From NCBI GenBank assembly GCA_964563715.1, contig CAZLXA010000001.1, positions 33,613 to 97,612 on the forward strand: DNA of 64,000 nucleotides, read 5' to 3'. The notes beneath the pieces were generated by a model. The model had not been told where the DNA came from and searched no databases. It saw only the letters and a program-made list of their open reading frames with translations. The position numbers and the translations under genes were made by a program. This document shows positions 17,256 to 27,793 of the stretch, piece by piece. The stretch is from an uncultured Candidatus Saccharibacteria bacterium. Its GTDB lineage: Bacteria; Patescibacteriota; Minisyncoccia; Phycocordibacterales; UBA9973. Position 1 is the first letter of the stretch; the number at the start of each line of letters is the position of its first letter.

Positions 17256-19748
17256 CTATTTTAGATCACCCCAACTCTGGCCAAAAACTACAGAAACAGA
17301 GAGTGGAACCTTCTCCATCCCAGACAAAAATTCATCAGGAATAGCCTCCTGCATAGCTTTTTCAACTATTTTAATGACTTCTTTTAATTTATCATTTTTG
17401 ACCTCATAGACAAGCTCATCATGGACCTGGAGAATAAGCCTAGCCTCGTCTATTAGACCATTTTTGCGTAAAGCTTCGTCAGCTTTTTTCATCCCTATCT
17501 TAATTATATCAGCTGTCGCCGTCCCCTGAATCGGCGCATTGGTGGCCATTCGCTCAGCCATAGCCCTAATAAACGGAATTGGTGACTTTATGCCTGGGAA
17601 ATAGCGTTTCCGACCAAATAGAGTCTTTGTATAACCATATTGTTTGGCAAAATTTTTAATACTTAATAAATACTCTGCAATGCTTGGGAATTGAGCAAAA
17701 TAATTATCATAAAACAATTGAGCTTCTTTGCGGTCAGTCCCCAAATTATCTTTCAAAGCGTTCACCCCCATCCCATATAAAATACCAAAATTAATAACTT
17801 TGGCCCTACGCCTCATATCATGGGTCACCTCTTCTTCTCCCACATTAAAAACTTTCATGGCCACCGCCGAGTGAATATCTTGCCCTTCATTGAAAGCTTT
17901 AATAAAATATGAATCCTGAGATAAAAGTGCTGCCACCCGAAGTTCAATTTGTGAATAATCAAAAGAGGCTAAAACATATCCGGCTTGTGCGACAAATGCT
18001 TTACGGATATTTTTACCTCGTTCTGTTTTTATCGGAATATTTTGTAAATTTGGATTATTTGAAGAAAATCGACCAGTAGTTGTTCCTGCTTGAATGAACT
18101 GAGCGTGCAACCGACCATCGGACCCAACTTGGTTTGGAATCGTATTAATATAGGTTGAAAGAAGTTTTTGTAATTCGCGATGTTTTAAAATTTCACCAAT
18201 AATTGGGTGTAGGTCGCGCAATTTTTCAAGCTCACTTTCTCTGGTTGAGATAGCTCCTCCGGCGCTTTTCTTTATTCCTTTAATTGAAAGACCAAGTTTC
18301 CCAAAAAGTATTTCACTGATTTGTTTTGGAGAATTAATATTAAATTCCTGACCAGCCTGTTGCCAAATATTTTTCTCGAGTATTTCTAAATCTTTATGAT
18401 ACTCATCAGATAATTGTTTTAGATATTTAATATCTACCATTATCCCCCTCTTTTGCATATCATTTATTATTGGAATAATTGGAATTTCAATATTTTCATA
18501 TACATAATTTAATTCTTCTTTTTTAACATCCGCCTCAAGCAATTTAAATGCCTCCGTAAAACTATTACTTCCTTTATAATGAGCAACATCATCGATATCA
18601 GGATTGGTCATTTCAGAATTGAGCAACCAATAAGCAATTTGAGCTTTTATAACCTCTGTCGAATCGGGGTCGGAGAAAGTCCTTTGAGCAATGGTCTGGC
18701 CGAGCCCTTTTTCATTTTCGAGGATGTTGGGCGAGGAGATCAGACGGCGAAGCGAAAAGGAGCTTTCTCCTACCCCTATTTCATCAACATCTAAAACTCT
18801 CAAAAATCTATTTTGTAAACTTTTAAATTCCATCTTTTTAAAGAATTCAGCCACACTATTTTTATCAACTGTTTCTCGCCAATTATTTTCAGGTAAAATA
18901 AATTTAATTGGGGCATCGGGTCTAATTGTCGCTAATGTTTTTGAAAAGATGGCCTCTTCTTCTCCCTCTTTTAATAAATTAAAAACTCGGTCAGTAATTC
19001 CAAGAGTTTTTAACTCGTCCTTAAACGCTAAAGCGTCGGGCGATCCTTCTTTAAAGGATTTAGCTTTCTTAATAGCTTTATAAATATTCTCAACTGTTTG
19101 ATATTTTGATATTAAAACTGTAGCCGTTTTTTCGCCAATGCCCTTAATGCCAATAATATTGTCTGACGGATCACCTCTTAAACCTTTGTAATCGGGTAAA
19201 CTTTTTGGGCTGAAACCAAAACGAGCCTCAACTTTTTGTTGATTGTATAAAATCGTATCATTGATGCCTTTTTTTAGAGTGTAAACTGAAACAAAGTCAC
19301 CATCAACTAATTGTAGTGTGTCCATATCACCTGAAGCAATAATAATATCTAGTTCTTTCTTTTTATCATTTAACTGCGCAACTATAGTTCCCAATAAATC
19401 ATCAGCTTCAAAACCTTCACATTCATACATTGGGACAGAACAAGCTTTAAAAAATTCCCGGGATGAAATTAGTTGAGCAACTAAAGCAACATCTGCTTTT
19501 GCTCGTCCAGCTTTATAATTCTCATAAGCCTCGTGGCGAAAAGTTTTCTTCGGCAAATCAAAACAAGCCACTATATAATCGGGCTTTAGGTCAGTAATAA
19601 TCTTAAATAGCATCGTCGCCAAGCCATATATGGCCCCTGTTGGCTCACCACGCGAATTCATAAACTCAGGCAACGCATGATAAGCCCGATGAATTATAGC
19701 GTGAGAATCAAGGAGTATTAGTCTTTTTTTTATCTGTTTTTTAACCAT
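17256..19748 (-). CDS. polA: DNA polymerase I
   Basis: 5'-3' exonuclease (EADD, GDPSDNI) and Pol A motifs DYSQIELR, KVINFGILYG, QVHDEL. Confidence 0.97.
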   Translation of the reverse strand: MVKKQIKKRLILLDSHAIIHRAYHALPEFMNSRGEPTGAIYGLATMLFKIITDLKPDYIVACFDLPKKTFRHEAYENYKAGRAKADVALVAQLISSREFFKACSVPMYECEGFEADDLLGTIVAQLNDKKKELDIIIASGDMDTLQLVDGDFVSVYTLKKGINDTILYNQQKVEARFGFSPKSLPDYKGLRGDPSDNIIGIKGIGEKTATVLISKYQTVENIYKAIKKAKSFKEGSPDALAFKDELKTLGITDRVFNLLKEGEEEAIFSKTLATIRPDAPIKFILPENNWRETVDKNSVAEFFKKMEFKSLQNRFLRVLDVDEIGVGESSFSLRRLISSPNILENEKGLGQTIAQRTFSDPDSTEVIKAQIAYWLLNSEMTNPDIDDVAHYKGSNSFTEAFKLLEADVKKEELNYVYENIEIPIIPIINDMQKRGIMVDIKYLKQLSDEYHKDLEILEKNIWQQAGQEFNINSPKQISEILFGKLGLSIKGIKKSAGGAISTRESELEKLRDLHPIIGEILKHRELQKLLSTYINTIPNQVGSDGRLHAQFIQAGTTTGRFSSNNPNLQNIPIKTERGKNIRKAFVAQAGYVLASFDYSQIELRVAALLSQDSYFIKAFNEGQDIHSAVAMKVFNVGEEEVTHDMRRRAKVINFGILYGMGVNALKDNLGTDRKEAQLFYDNYFAQFPSIAEYLLSIKNFAKQYGYTKTLFGRKRYFPGIKSPIPFIRAMAERMATNAPIQGTATADIIKIGMKKADEALRKNGLIDEARLILQVHDELVYEVKNDKLKEVIKIVEKAMQEAIPDEFLSGMEKVPLSVSVVFGQSWGDLK
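18666..18776. repeat. In-frame GC-rich palindromic insertion within polA
   Basis: GGGGTCGGAGAAAGTCCTTT...AAAGGAGCTTTCTCCTACCCC; 111 bp = 37 codons. Confidence 0.65.
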
Positions 19749-19760
19749 TCTTTAATTATA

Positions 19761-20204
19761 TCAGAATTCTAGAGATCTGGTTTCATCATCGATGTGTTTT
19801 AATTTAACCCAAAAAGTGTGTTCCCCAATTGAGTCCATGACCTTCTCTGGCCATTCTAAAATAATTAAATTATTCTGGTCAGATACTAATTCCTCCCAAC
19901 CAAATTTTAATAATTCAAGTGGGTCGTCTAACCTATAAGCATCGATATGAATTAATTTTTTAAATTGCGGGTAGTATTTTGAATCTACTCCAACTTGATA
20001 AATTTTCATAATCACAAAAGTTGGAGAAATAATGACATTTTTTATTTCAAGTAATTTACCAATTTCTTTAGTTAGAGTTGTTTTGCCAGCTCCTAATTCA
20101 CCAGATAGAGCAATAACCCTCGCTTTTTTATTTTTTATTTTTGAGGCTTTATTTAATATCTTTTCTGATATTTCTTTTTTTTGATTTTCCTTAAACTTTA
20201 TCAT
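19761..20204 (-). CDS. tsaE: tRNA threonylcarbamoyladenosine biosynthesis ATPase TsaE
   Basis: GELGAGKT, SPTF, HIDAYRL and EWPE. Confidence 0.95.
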   Translation of the reverse strand: MIKFKENQKKEISEKILNKASKIKNKKARVIALSGELGAGKTTLTKEIGKLLEIKNVIISPTFVIMKIYQVGVDSKYYPQFKKLIHIDAYRLDDPLELLKFGWEELVSDQNNLIILEWPEKVMDSIGEHTFWVKLKHIDDETRSLEF

Positions 20205-20216
20205 CTACCTATATAC

Positions 20217-20249
20217 TAACATACCCCGACTAAAGTCGGGGTATGTTTT
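20217..20249 (-). terminator. Terminator-like hairpin after the large surface-protein gene
   Basis: AACATACCCCGAC TAAA GTCGGGGTATGTT. Confidence 0.6.
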
Positions 20250-20258
20250 ATTTTAATT

Positions 20259-23200
20259 TTAAAGATGCGTAACAGTCGAAGTAGTGTGGCGATTAAAATA
20301 TGAGCGGGAAAGAAGAATTAATAACATTATAACTATTATTAAGAGCAACCAACCAATCAAACTCATTCCAAACATTCCGCCAAAGAAAGCTGAGGCTCCA
20401 AGCATATTATTATTTATTCTTGGGTTATTTAAAACATAAGCCATAGCATTTTCTTGAGCCCCATTTGGATTTGTATAAACCAATATGGCCGTTGTGACTA
20501 TTTGAGCCAAGTTTACATCTAGTGTATCAACTCGAGCTTGCAAATAGATAACTCCTTCTTCGTCTGGTCGCAAATCGTTAATTGGAACAGATAGTGTTCG
20601 GTCAATGTGAGAATATGTACCTCGTGAAGTATTTGTAATCGTGAATCCTTGAGGAACATAAACCTGAACCATTGGACGCTCTAAGACTGATGTACTGATG
20701 TTTTTGTAGAAAACAACATAATCAACCATATCTCCGACTCCAATTGTTTGATATTTATTTTCAATTCTAAGTACAACAGGAGACATTGAGCCCATAACGG
20801 TTGTTCCTTGTTCATAAACTACTTCTCGAACTGTTCTGATAGTAGTATTGTTGTTGTAATTATTATTGTAATTAACATAACCTTGAGTCTTGAAGATTTC
20901 GATTGCTCCAACAGATATTCCATTTACTCCTTCGGCGCGAGCTCGGAAGAAATATATAGTATTTGGACTAAGGTTATTAACATATTCAGTTAGATTACTA
21001 TTGCCATTACTTGAACGAGAAGCTGTTCGCATCCCTAGATTTACTGTTGTTCCGTATTCAAAGTAAGTGCTGATATTGTCATTACTATAACTTGAACTGG
21101 TAAGTAAGCCATTAAGCTGAGCTGCATTTTGAGAAATATTTGTCGCCACGGTTGTAACAACATTAGTATTGTACAAATCACTTCCGCCATTGTAATCGAC
21201 ATATATTTTAATTGATTCAGAATCACTACCATTGTTACCTTCTGCTCTTAAAACATAAGTAGTTGTACTATATGGTGTTACATCTTCACTGCCATCGTCA
21301 TCGACATCACCTATATTTGAAATAGATACATCATCGCAATCTGTTGTTCTCCATCTTAAAATAACTTCATCTCCTCGACTAATATATGTATCGGTCGCTG
21401 AATAACTATCAATAGTACACTCATCATCGTTACTAGTATTATCTTCATCAACATAAATTCGAACAGTCGCAGTTTTAGTTTGACCGTTTGAATTGTAAGC
21501 TGTTAGAGTATAAGTTTTGTCACTTGTTGGGTAAACTTTTTCATCGCCATCGTCATTTACATTTCCAAGGACGGTAATTTTTACCTGGGAACAATTATTT
21601 GTCTCCCAAATTAACTTACTATAATCTCCTTCATCAATACTTGTATCACTTGCTTCAAAATTAACAATTTCACAAGTATCATTATTGTAATCATTTACGT
21701 AGACGGTAGTACTTGCAGTATCAACTGTATTACCATATTGATCTTCCGCAGTTAGGACATATGTCTTTGTATTTGTTGGGTAAACAATCTTTGAACCTGT
21801 TGTACTGACACTTCCAATACTTGAAATACTGACATTTGAACAATTACTTGTACTCCAAGAAAGAGTTGAGGAATCGCCCGACTCAATTGAATTTGGGTTA
21901 GCTGTGAAATTATTTATTTTACATAAAGAAGAAGTTGAATTTACATAAATTGTGACACTTCGTGTTTGAACAGCTCCATTATTAGAATTATATGCAGTTA
22001 AAACATAAGTTGTATTTTGAGTTGGCCAAACTTCCTGATTACCTGTTGTAGGAACACTGTAGCCAAGATTTGAAATGGTTACATTTTGACAATTACTTGT
22101 ACTCCAAGAAAGAGTTGAAGAATCACCATTTGCAATTGAAGTTGGGTTTGCTGTAAAATTATTTATTGTACACCCAGAAACAATTATTGTGCTAACTGTG
22201 ACTGTTACTGACCTTGTTTTAACAACACCATTTGAACCGGTGGCAGTTAAAGTATAAGTCGTAGTGACAGTTGGGCTAACACTTTTATTTCCAGAAGTTA
22301 CAACTTCAGCTCCTCCTAAGACTACACTTACACAATTACTTGTGTCCCACGATAAGTTTGAAGACTGACCTGGGTGGATTGTAGTTGGATTAGCTGTGAA
22401 TTTATTTATTGAACAAGTAAGTGGCACAGTATTACCCACAATAACAGTAGTTGTCTTTGTACCACCGAGAGCTCCACTTGCACTGTAAGCTTTGAGTGTA
22501 TATGTTGTGGTTGATGTTGGTGAGACACTTTTTGTTCCATTTGGTCCGTAAGTATTTATAAGAGTTGAACCACTATAAAGTTTAACTGAGGCACAATTAC
22601 TTGTACTCCAATTAAGCGTCGAAGAATTTCCACTTATAATAGTTGTAGGGTTCGCTGTGAAATTATCGATAGAACAATTATTTGGTGCAACACTATTAAC
22701 TGTGACTGTTGTTGTTCTTGTTTGAGTTGTTCCATTAGTACTAACTGCTTTCAATGTATAAGTTGTTGTTGATGTAGGGTTTACAGCCTTTGAGCCGTTA
22801 ACTGACAAAGTTCCAACATAAGGAGTGATCATAACAGCAGTACAATTAATTGTCTCCCAAGACAAAACAGATGTTCCACCATTTTGGATGCTTGAAGGTG
22901 AGGCTTCAAAACTATTTATTTTACAAACAGTTGAGGCTGCCCCGTTTACATTAACAGTTACCGACTTTGTTTGAACACCACCATTTGAACCGGTGGCAGT
23001 TAAGGTATAAGTCGTAGTTTGATTTGGCCAAATTTGTTGAGTGCCAGTTGTTGGTACATTGTAATTAAGTGGAGAAATACTTACATTACTACAATTTGTT
23101 GTCTTCCAGTTTAAAATAGAATATTGTCCAGCATTAATAGTTGTTGGGGAAGCAGTGAAACTATTTATTGAACAATTTAAAACCACAGTGTTAACGGTAA

Positions 23201-24002
23201 CTGTTTTACTATCTGTATCCATTAAAGCTCCGGCGCTATTATAAGCTTTAAGAGTATAAGTCGTTGTTGTTGTGGGTGAGACAGTTTGAGAACCATCAAG
23301 TGAAACATTACTGTTGTTAAGTTTAACAGAAGCACAGCCTGTTGTATTCCATGATAATACAGAAGACGCCCCAGCAGTTATTGATGTTGGATTAGCATTA
23401 AAATTATCAATTGTACAATTTTGTGGGGGTTGAGTATTTCCTACTTTAAAAGCAACTACAACTGTTCCTTGGCTATCCCAACCATTATTTATCGTTCCAA
23501 GAGAAAGTCCACTTGAAGTTGTAATCTGAGCTCCACTTGTAATAGGATTACTTGTTGTTTGATTAGGAAACCACCATGTATCGTTAGGTCCAATACTCAA
23601 AGATTGAGCAGTTGGCAAATGAAGTGTCGTTGTACCGAGATATGTGCCTGAAGGATTAGCTGAAAGGCTACTCTTAAAAGTATGGGTTGTTGAAGAAGTA
23701 CCAAGTGAAGGAGAGACAGTTATATAAACTTTTGTATTAGTTGCAGGCTCATTCCCTGTATTGTGATAATACAATTGGACATTAACAGAATCACCAGAGT
23801 TACCAGAAACACTTGTAAGATTCCAGCAATCATTTGATCCTGTTGGAGGGACACCGACACCGTCATGAATTCCAATACCACTACCAGGACAATCTCCTGG
23901 GTCGGTATTCCAACTCACATAAGCAAACGCACTCGTTGTTCCTAGTAAAAGGAAAACAAAAGCAAAAAAACCAATTATTATTTTTTTCATATTATTTTTC
24001 AT
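20259..24002 (-). CDS. Large surface protein: signal peptide, ~9 Ig-like repeats, FN3-like and DUF11-like domains, C-terminal TM anchor
   Basis: Repeats C.I..F.A.P..I..G.SS.L.W.T.NC...TTTYTL; YFEYG/TIYFFRA; C-terminal hydrophobic helix. Confidence 0.85.
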   Translation of the reverse strand: MKNNMKKIIIGFFAFVFLLLGTTSAFAYVSWNTDPGDCPGSGIGIHDGVGVPPTGSNDCWNLTSVSGNSGDSVNVQLYYHNTGNEPATNTKVYITVSPSLGTSSTTHTFKSSLSANPSGTYLGTTTLHLPTAQSLSIGPNDTWWFPNQTTSNPITSGAQITTSSGLSLGTINNGWDSQGTVVVAFKVGNTQPPQNCTIDNFNANPTSITAGASSVLSWNTTGCASVKLNNSNVSLDGSQTVSPTTTTTYTLKAYNSAGALMDTDSKTVTVNTVVLNCSINSFTASPTTINAGQYSILNWKTTNCSNVSISPLNYNVPTTGTQQIWPNQTTTYTLTATGSNGGVQTKSVTVNVNGAASTVCKINSFEASPSSIQNGGTSVLSWETINCTAVMITPYVGTLSVNGSKAVNPTSTTTYTLKAVSTNGTTQTRTTTVTVNSVAPNNCSIDNFTANPTTIISGNSSTLNWSTSNCASVKLYSGSTLINTYGPNGTKSVSPTSTTTYTLKAYSASGALGGTKTTTVIVGNTVPLTCSINKFTANPTTIHPGQSSNLSWDTSNCVSVVLGGAEVVTSGNKSVSPTVTTTYTLTATGSNGVVKTRSVTVTVSTIIVSGCTINNFTANPTSIANGDSSTLSWSTSNCQNVTISNLGYSVPTTGNQEVWPTQNTTYVLTAYNSNNGAVQTRSVTIYVNSTSSLCKINNFTANPNSIESGDSSTLSWSTSNCSNVSISSIGSVSTTGSKIVYPTNTKTYVLTAEDQYGNTVDTASTTVYVNDYNNDTCEIVNFEASDTSIDEGDYSKLIWETNNCSQVKITVLGNVNDDGDEKVYPTSDKTYTLTAYNSNGQTKTATVRIYVDEDNTSNDDECTIDSYSATDTYISRGDEVILRWRTTDCDDVSISNIGDVDDDGSEDVTPYSTTTYVLRAEGNNGSDSESIKIYVDYNGGSDLYNTNVVTTVATNISQNAAQLNGLLTSSSYSNDNISTYFEYGTTVNLGMRTASRSSNGNSNLTEYVNNLSPNTIYFFRARAEGVNGISVGAIEIFKTQGYVNYNNNYNNNTTIRTVREVVYEQGTTVMGSMSPVVLRIENKYQTIGVGDMVDYVVFYKNISTSVLERPMVQVYVPQGFTITNTSRGTYSHIDRTLSVPINDLRPDEEGVIYLQARVDTLDVNLAQIVTTAILVYTNPNGAQENAMAYVLNNPRINNNMLGASAFFGGMFGMSLIGWLLLIIVIMLLILLSRSYFNRHTTSTVTHL

Positions 24003-24112
24003 ACATTTGTCTCGCCTTAGCTATTTGCGTTGGCGGATTATTTATAAATTTCATTTTCCACCCAAATACGACAAGATTCTCTTGGGTGAATTTTTTATTA
24101 AATTATCTTTAT

Positions 24113-24141
24113 ATATTAGCATATTTAACCTATTTTGTCAA
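24113..24141 (-). promoter_or_regulatory. Sigma70-type promoter of the surface-protein gene
   Basis: TTGACA-17 bp-TAATAT with TG extension on the - strand. Confidence 0.7.
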
Positions 24142-24282
24142 TAGATACTAAATGTGCTTTTTTGCGATTTTAAACCTTCAATGTTTTCGAAGAAACATTC
24201 AAAGCTTAAAAAAGCGGAGAATGGCATGATATTTTTATACCATTCTCCTTTTTTTATTAAATGCAATACAAAGTACAAATTT

Positions 24283-25098
24283 TTACCCTCCTGATTCGTG
24301 AGAACCTGGGGTTTTTCTGCTTCCGCCAGTAGTGGTACCACTACCTTTGTCTACTCCTTTCTTCAAAAGATAAACCACTCCAGTAGTGAGTGCACCAACA
24401 ACAATAACAACCCCTCCAATCTTCGCAACTTTTACACCGTCAAGAACTTTCTTTGTGGTAGTTGTGGTATTGGGAAGATAGACAGTAGCTACACTTGGTT
24501 GTTGGGTAAATAAAACACTTTGTTTATAATTTTGGGTTTCCCCATCTCCCAGTGCCTCTTCTACACCCCTTACATCACTCCCATAGTCTGACTTTACTGG
24601 TTTTTGTTTACCAGGTTCAAACCTAACTAAAGGAATTTTCGGATCTTCTGAGTTGGCGCACTGTATCTTTGCGTACATCCCACCAGTAATATCCCCTACT
24701 TCAAGTGCAGCCCAACCACTTTCGTGCCCCATAATTTCTTTATAAACGAGACGATTATTAACTTTTGTGCCGTTGTAGTAATCGGATTGTTTAAAGTATG
24801 ACCATTCATACTCCACGGTATGATTCATAAGCCATTGCATACCAATAGCATCTGCAGTAACAACGAAACTCCAAACAGCAGGGTCTTTAGAGGTTTTTAA
24901 GATATTATTAGCCAACCTTGCGTATTCTGGCCATAATACATTTCTCATAAATGGGTCTTTGCTTGTCATTACTAACAGCTTGAATCCATCGAGGGTGCGG
25001 TTAGGATCATATTTCATGCACGATTCTACCTGTGCGTTTACCTGCAATCCTGACAAAAGGACTACTAAGAGCAGGATTTTTTGTAACTTATTTTTCAC
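24283..25098 (-). CDS. Hypothetical secreted/membrane-anchored protein
   Basis: Signal peptide (..QVNA|Q), C-terminal TM; GTG start. Confidence 0.7.
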   Translation of the reverse strand: MKNKLQKILLLVVLLSGLQVNAQVESCMKYDPNRTLDGFKLLVMTSKDPFMRNVLWPEYARLANNILKTSKDPAVWSFVVTADAIGMQWLMNHTVEYEWSYFKQSDYYNGTKVNNRLVYKEIMGHESGWAALEVGDITGGMYAKIQCANSEDPKIPLVRFEPGKQKPVKSDYGSDVRGVEEALGDGETQNYKQSVLFTQQPSVATVYLPNTTTTTKKVLDGVKVAKIGGVVIVVGALTTGVVYLLKKGVDKGSGTTTGGSRKTPGSHESGG

Positions 25099-25207
25099 TT
25101 ATTTGTTTTTATTTGTTATAGATTAATTGTTTGATTATATTTTTCTCCCAGAGACGTTGAAAATGAGAAAGAAATATAATCAAACTAGAAATCTAACATT
25201 TGACCAT

Positions 25208-25236
25208 ATGGTAGCACAATCGTCAACAAAAGTCAA
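25208..25236 (-). promoter_or_regulatory. Sigma70-type promoter
   Basis: TTGACT-17 bp-TACCAT on the - strand. Confidence 0.6.
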
Positions 25237-25274
25237 GTCTGTTTTATGACCCTTATAAGTTATAATAAAAAGGT

Positions 25275-26975
25275 ATGACAATATTATTTGACGACGAAAA
25301 GCAACAAAAAAATTTAGAAGACTTAAGAAAACAAGAAGAAGAAGATTTAGTGCAGGTTTTAGCCGAAGCTCGTTACGGAATTCCCCCTATTAACTTATCG
25401 GGAGTCATAATCGACAACAATGCCCTGCGCTCTATTCCTGAAAAAGATGCTATTTCACTTGAAATTGCACCTTTTAAACTAGTTGGAAAGAATATTCATG
25501 TTGCTGTTCGTTCTCCTCAACCAGAAAAATTGGAAAGTTTAAAAACTTATTTTACCGACCATGAATACACTCCATTTTTCTATATGGCCTCCCTTTCAAG
25601 TTTAGAAAGAGCCTGGGAAAGGTATAAAGAAATTTCGTATGCCTCTGAATCCAAAATCGGGGCGGTAACAATTTCCGGAGAAGTATTAAATAAAATGATG
25701 GAGGGGATTAAAAATATGGATGACATTAAAAATGCCATCATTGAAGCTGAAAAAGATAAAACTCACACCACTTCTCATATCCTTGAAATTGTTCTAGCCG
25801 GTGCGATTGCTATTAATGCTTCTGATGTTCACTTTGAGCCTGAAGAAAAAACAGTTCGACTTCGTTTACGCTTAGATGGAGTTTTGCATGAGGTCATGGA
25901 ATTACCACCCTTTGTTCATAAGTTTATTAATTCTCGAATCAAATTAATTTCTGGGCTTAAAATAACCACTTCAGCTGTTGCTCAAGATGGACGCTTTAGT
26001 ATTTTCTTAAATCAAAATGAAATCAGTCTCCGTGTCTCAATTATGCCTGGAGCATATGGTGAATCGATCGTCATGAGAATTTTAAATCCTAAGTCTATTC
26101 GCGTGAAATTAGAAGAAATGGGTATTGAACCAAAGCTTTTTGAAATATTTATGAATGAAATTAAAAAGCCAAATGGTTTAATTCTTCTAACTGGACCAAC
26201 AGGATCTGGTAAAACTACAACCCTCTACTCATTTTTGCAAAGAATATATTCGGATGAAATAAAAATAATTACAATTGAAGACCCGATTGAATATCACCTA
26301 CCAGGAATTTCCCAAACCCAAACCGACGATGAGAAGGGTTATACATTCTTGGAAGGTTTGCGCTCAGCCTTGCGTCAAGACCCTGATGTTATAATGGTTG
26401 GAGAAATACGCGACGCTGAAACTGCCAAAACTGCTGTTGAGTCGGCTTTAACAGGGCACTTAGTCTTCTCGACTCTCCACACTAATAATGCCGCCGGAGT
26501 AATCCCTCGTTTAATCGACCTGGAAGTCAATCCAAAAACTCTGGTCTCGGCTCTGTCTTTATCTATTGCTCAACGATTAATTCGAAAACTTTGTAATGAT
26601 TGTAAAAAAGAAAAAGACATAAGTGAAAAAGAAATTAAAATAATTAAAAATATTTTAGAAGAAGCAAAGACTAATAATAAAGATTTTTCAACTTATGGTA
26701 TTGATGTAAATGCCCCATTTAAAATATTTGAGTCTGTTGGTTGTGATAAATGTAACCATACAGGGTACTATGGTCAGATGGGAATATTTGAGGCAATTTA
26801 TAATGACGCTGAAATTGAAAAAATAATTCCTCAAAATCCAAGTGAAAGAGAAATTAAAAAAATTGCTTCTCATCAAGGAACGCTAAATATGAGAGAAGAT
26901 GGAATAGTTAAAGTCTTAAAAGGAATCACCTCACTCGAAGAAGTCGGTGGTGCTGTTGATTTGATTGAAGAATAA
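25275..26975 (+). CDS. pilB: Type IV pilus/T2SS assembly ATPase (PilB/GspE family)
   Basis: ASDVHFEP, GPTGSGKTTT, TIEDPIEY, LRQDPDVIMVGEIRD, STLHTN, tetracysteine motif. Confidence 0.9.
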   Translation: MTILFDDEKQQKNLEDLRKQEEEDLVQVLAEARYGIPPINLSGVIIDNNALRSIPEKDAISLEIAPFKLVGKNIHVAVRSPQPEKLESLKTYFTDHEYTPFFYMASLSSLERAWERYKEISYASESKIGAVTISGEVLNKMMEGIKNMDDIKNAIIEAEKDKTHTTSHILEIVLAGAIAINASDVHFEPEEKTVRLRLRLDGVLHEVMELPPFVHKFINSRIKLISGLKITTSAVAQDGRFSIFLNQNEISLRVSIMPGAYGESIVMRILNPKSIRVKLEEMGIEPKLFEIFMNEIKKPNGLILLTGPTGSGKTTTLYSFLQRIYSDEIKIITIEDPIEYHLPGISQTQTDDEKGYTFLEGLRSALRQDPDVIMVGEIRDAETAKTAVESALTGHLVFSTLHTNNAAGVIPRLIDLEVNPKTLVSALSLSIAQRLIRKLCNDCKKEKDISEKEIKIIKNILEEAKTNNKDFSTYGIDVNAPFKIFESVGCDKCNHTGYYGQMGIFEAIYNDAEIEKIIPQNPSEREIKKIASHQGTLNMREDGIVKVLKGITSLEEVGGAVDLIEE

Positions 26976-27046
26976 ATCCTAAAAGGTATTAAAAAAACCG
27001 GTCCTATTTAATAGTCCGGTCTTTTTTTATTGATTAACAAAATAAA

Positions 27047-27658
27047 TTATTTTTTTCGTTTTTTTACTTCTATCTCTTTTGTTCCCGACACCGATCTTCC
27101 TTTTGCAATACGTTCAGTTGTTGTTGTATTGTTAGAATAACCCGTATTCCAAAGTAATCTGTTTTTTTCAAAACCCGTGGGAAGCTCAACATTAAACGGA
27201 ATACCATCAACATAAATTGTTGCTTTTTTTTCAAGAAAAAAAGAACTATTGAGTGACTGTTTCCAAACGAAATAAGTATCGTCTCCTTCTTCAAAAAAAC
27301 AAATTTTATAAGTTAAAATGTTATTTTCTGAGGATATTCCTCCTTTCATCAATGCTCCTTTTGTTTTAGCAGGAACAGTGAAACCGTCCAGCTTTGCATT
27401 ATTTACATACTCTCCGTATCCATCTCTTAAGATCCATTTTTCATCAGGGGTAAGTGCTTTTACTTTTATCTCCATTTCATTGTAAAAACTTATAGGATCC
27501 TCATCGGTGATTACAGGAATCTGATTAGTCCAAGGCACAAGAGTCAAATTTAATTCCTGGGCTTGTGTTGGGGGCGCGGCACTTGTTATTTCAACAGTTT
27601 TGCAACTATTAGCAACAACAATAATTAACCCAATAAGGGCAAACATTAACTTTTTCAT
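27047..27658 (-). CDS. Putative lipoprotein
   Basis: MKKLMFALIGLIIVVANSC lipobox-like signal. Confidence 0.7.
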   Translation of the reverse strand: MKKLMFALIGLIIVVANSCKTVEITSAAPPTQAQELNLTLVPWTNQIPVITDEDPISFYNEMEIKVKALTPDEKWILRDGYGEYVNNAKLDGFTVPAKTKGALMKGGISSENNILTYKICFFEEGDDTYFVWKQSLNSSFFLEKKATIYVDGIPFNVELPTGFEKNRLLWNTGYSNNTTTTERIAKGRSVSGTKEIEVKKRKK

Positions 27659-27714
27659 GATTTTTTATTTTAGTATTTATTTTGTTTATTTATTGATTTC
27701 AAATGTTTTTTATG

Positions 27715-27743
27715 ATTATACACCATTAGAACTAAAAAGTCAA
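27715..27743 (-). promoter_or_regulatory. Sigma70-type promoter of the lipoprotein gene
   Basis: TTGACT-17 bp-TATAAT on the - strand. Confidence 0.7.
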
Positions 27744-27793
27744 GGCAAGAAAATACCCCTTCGTATTAAACCGAAGAGGTATTTTTTAAAAAA

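Noticed and set aside
18579-19083. + strand ORFs within polA, and similar short antisense ORFs across the window
   Set aside because: Antisense shadows of well-supported genes
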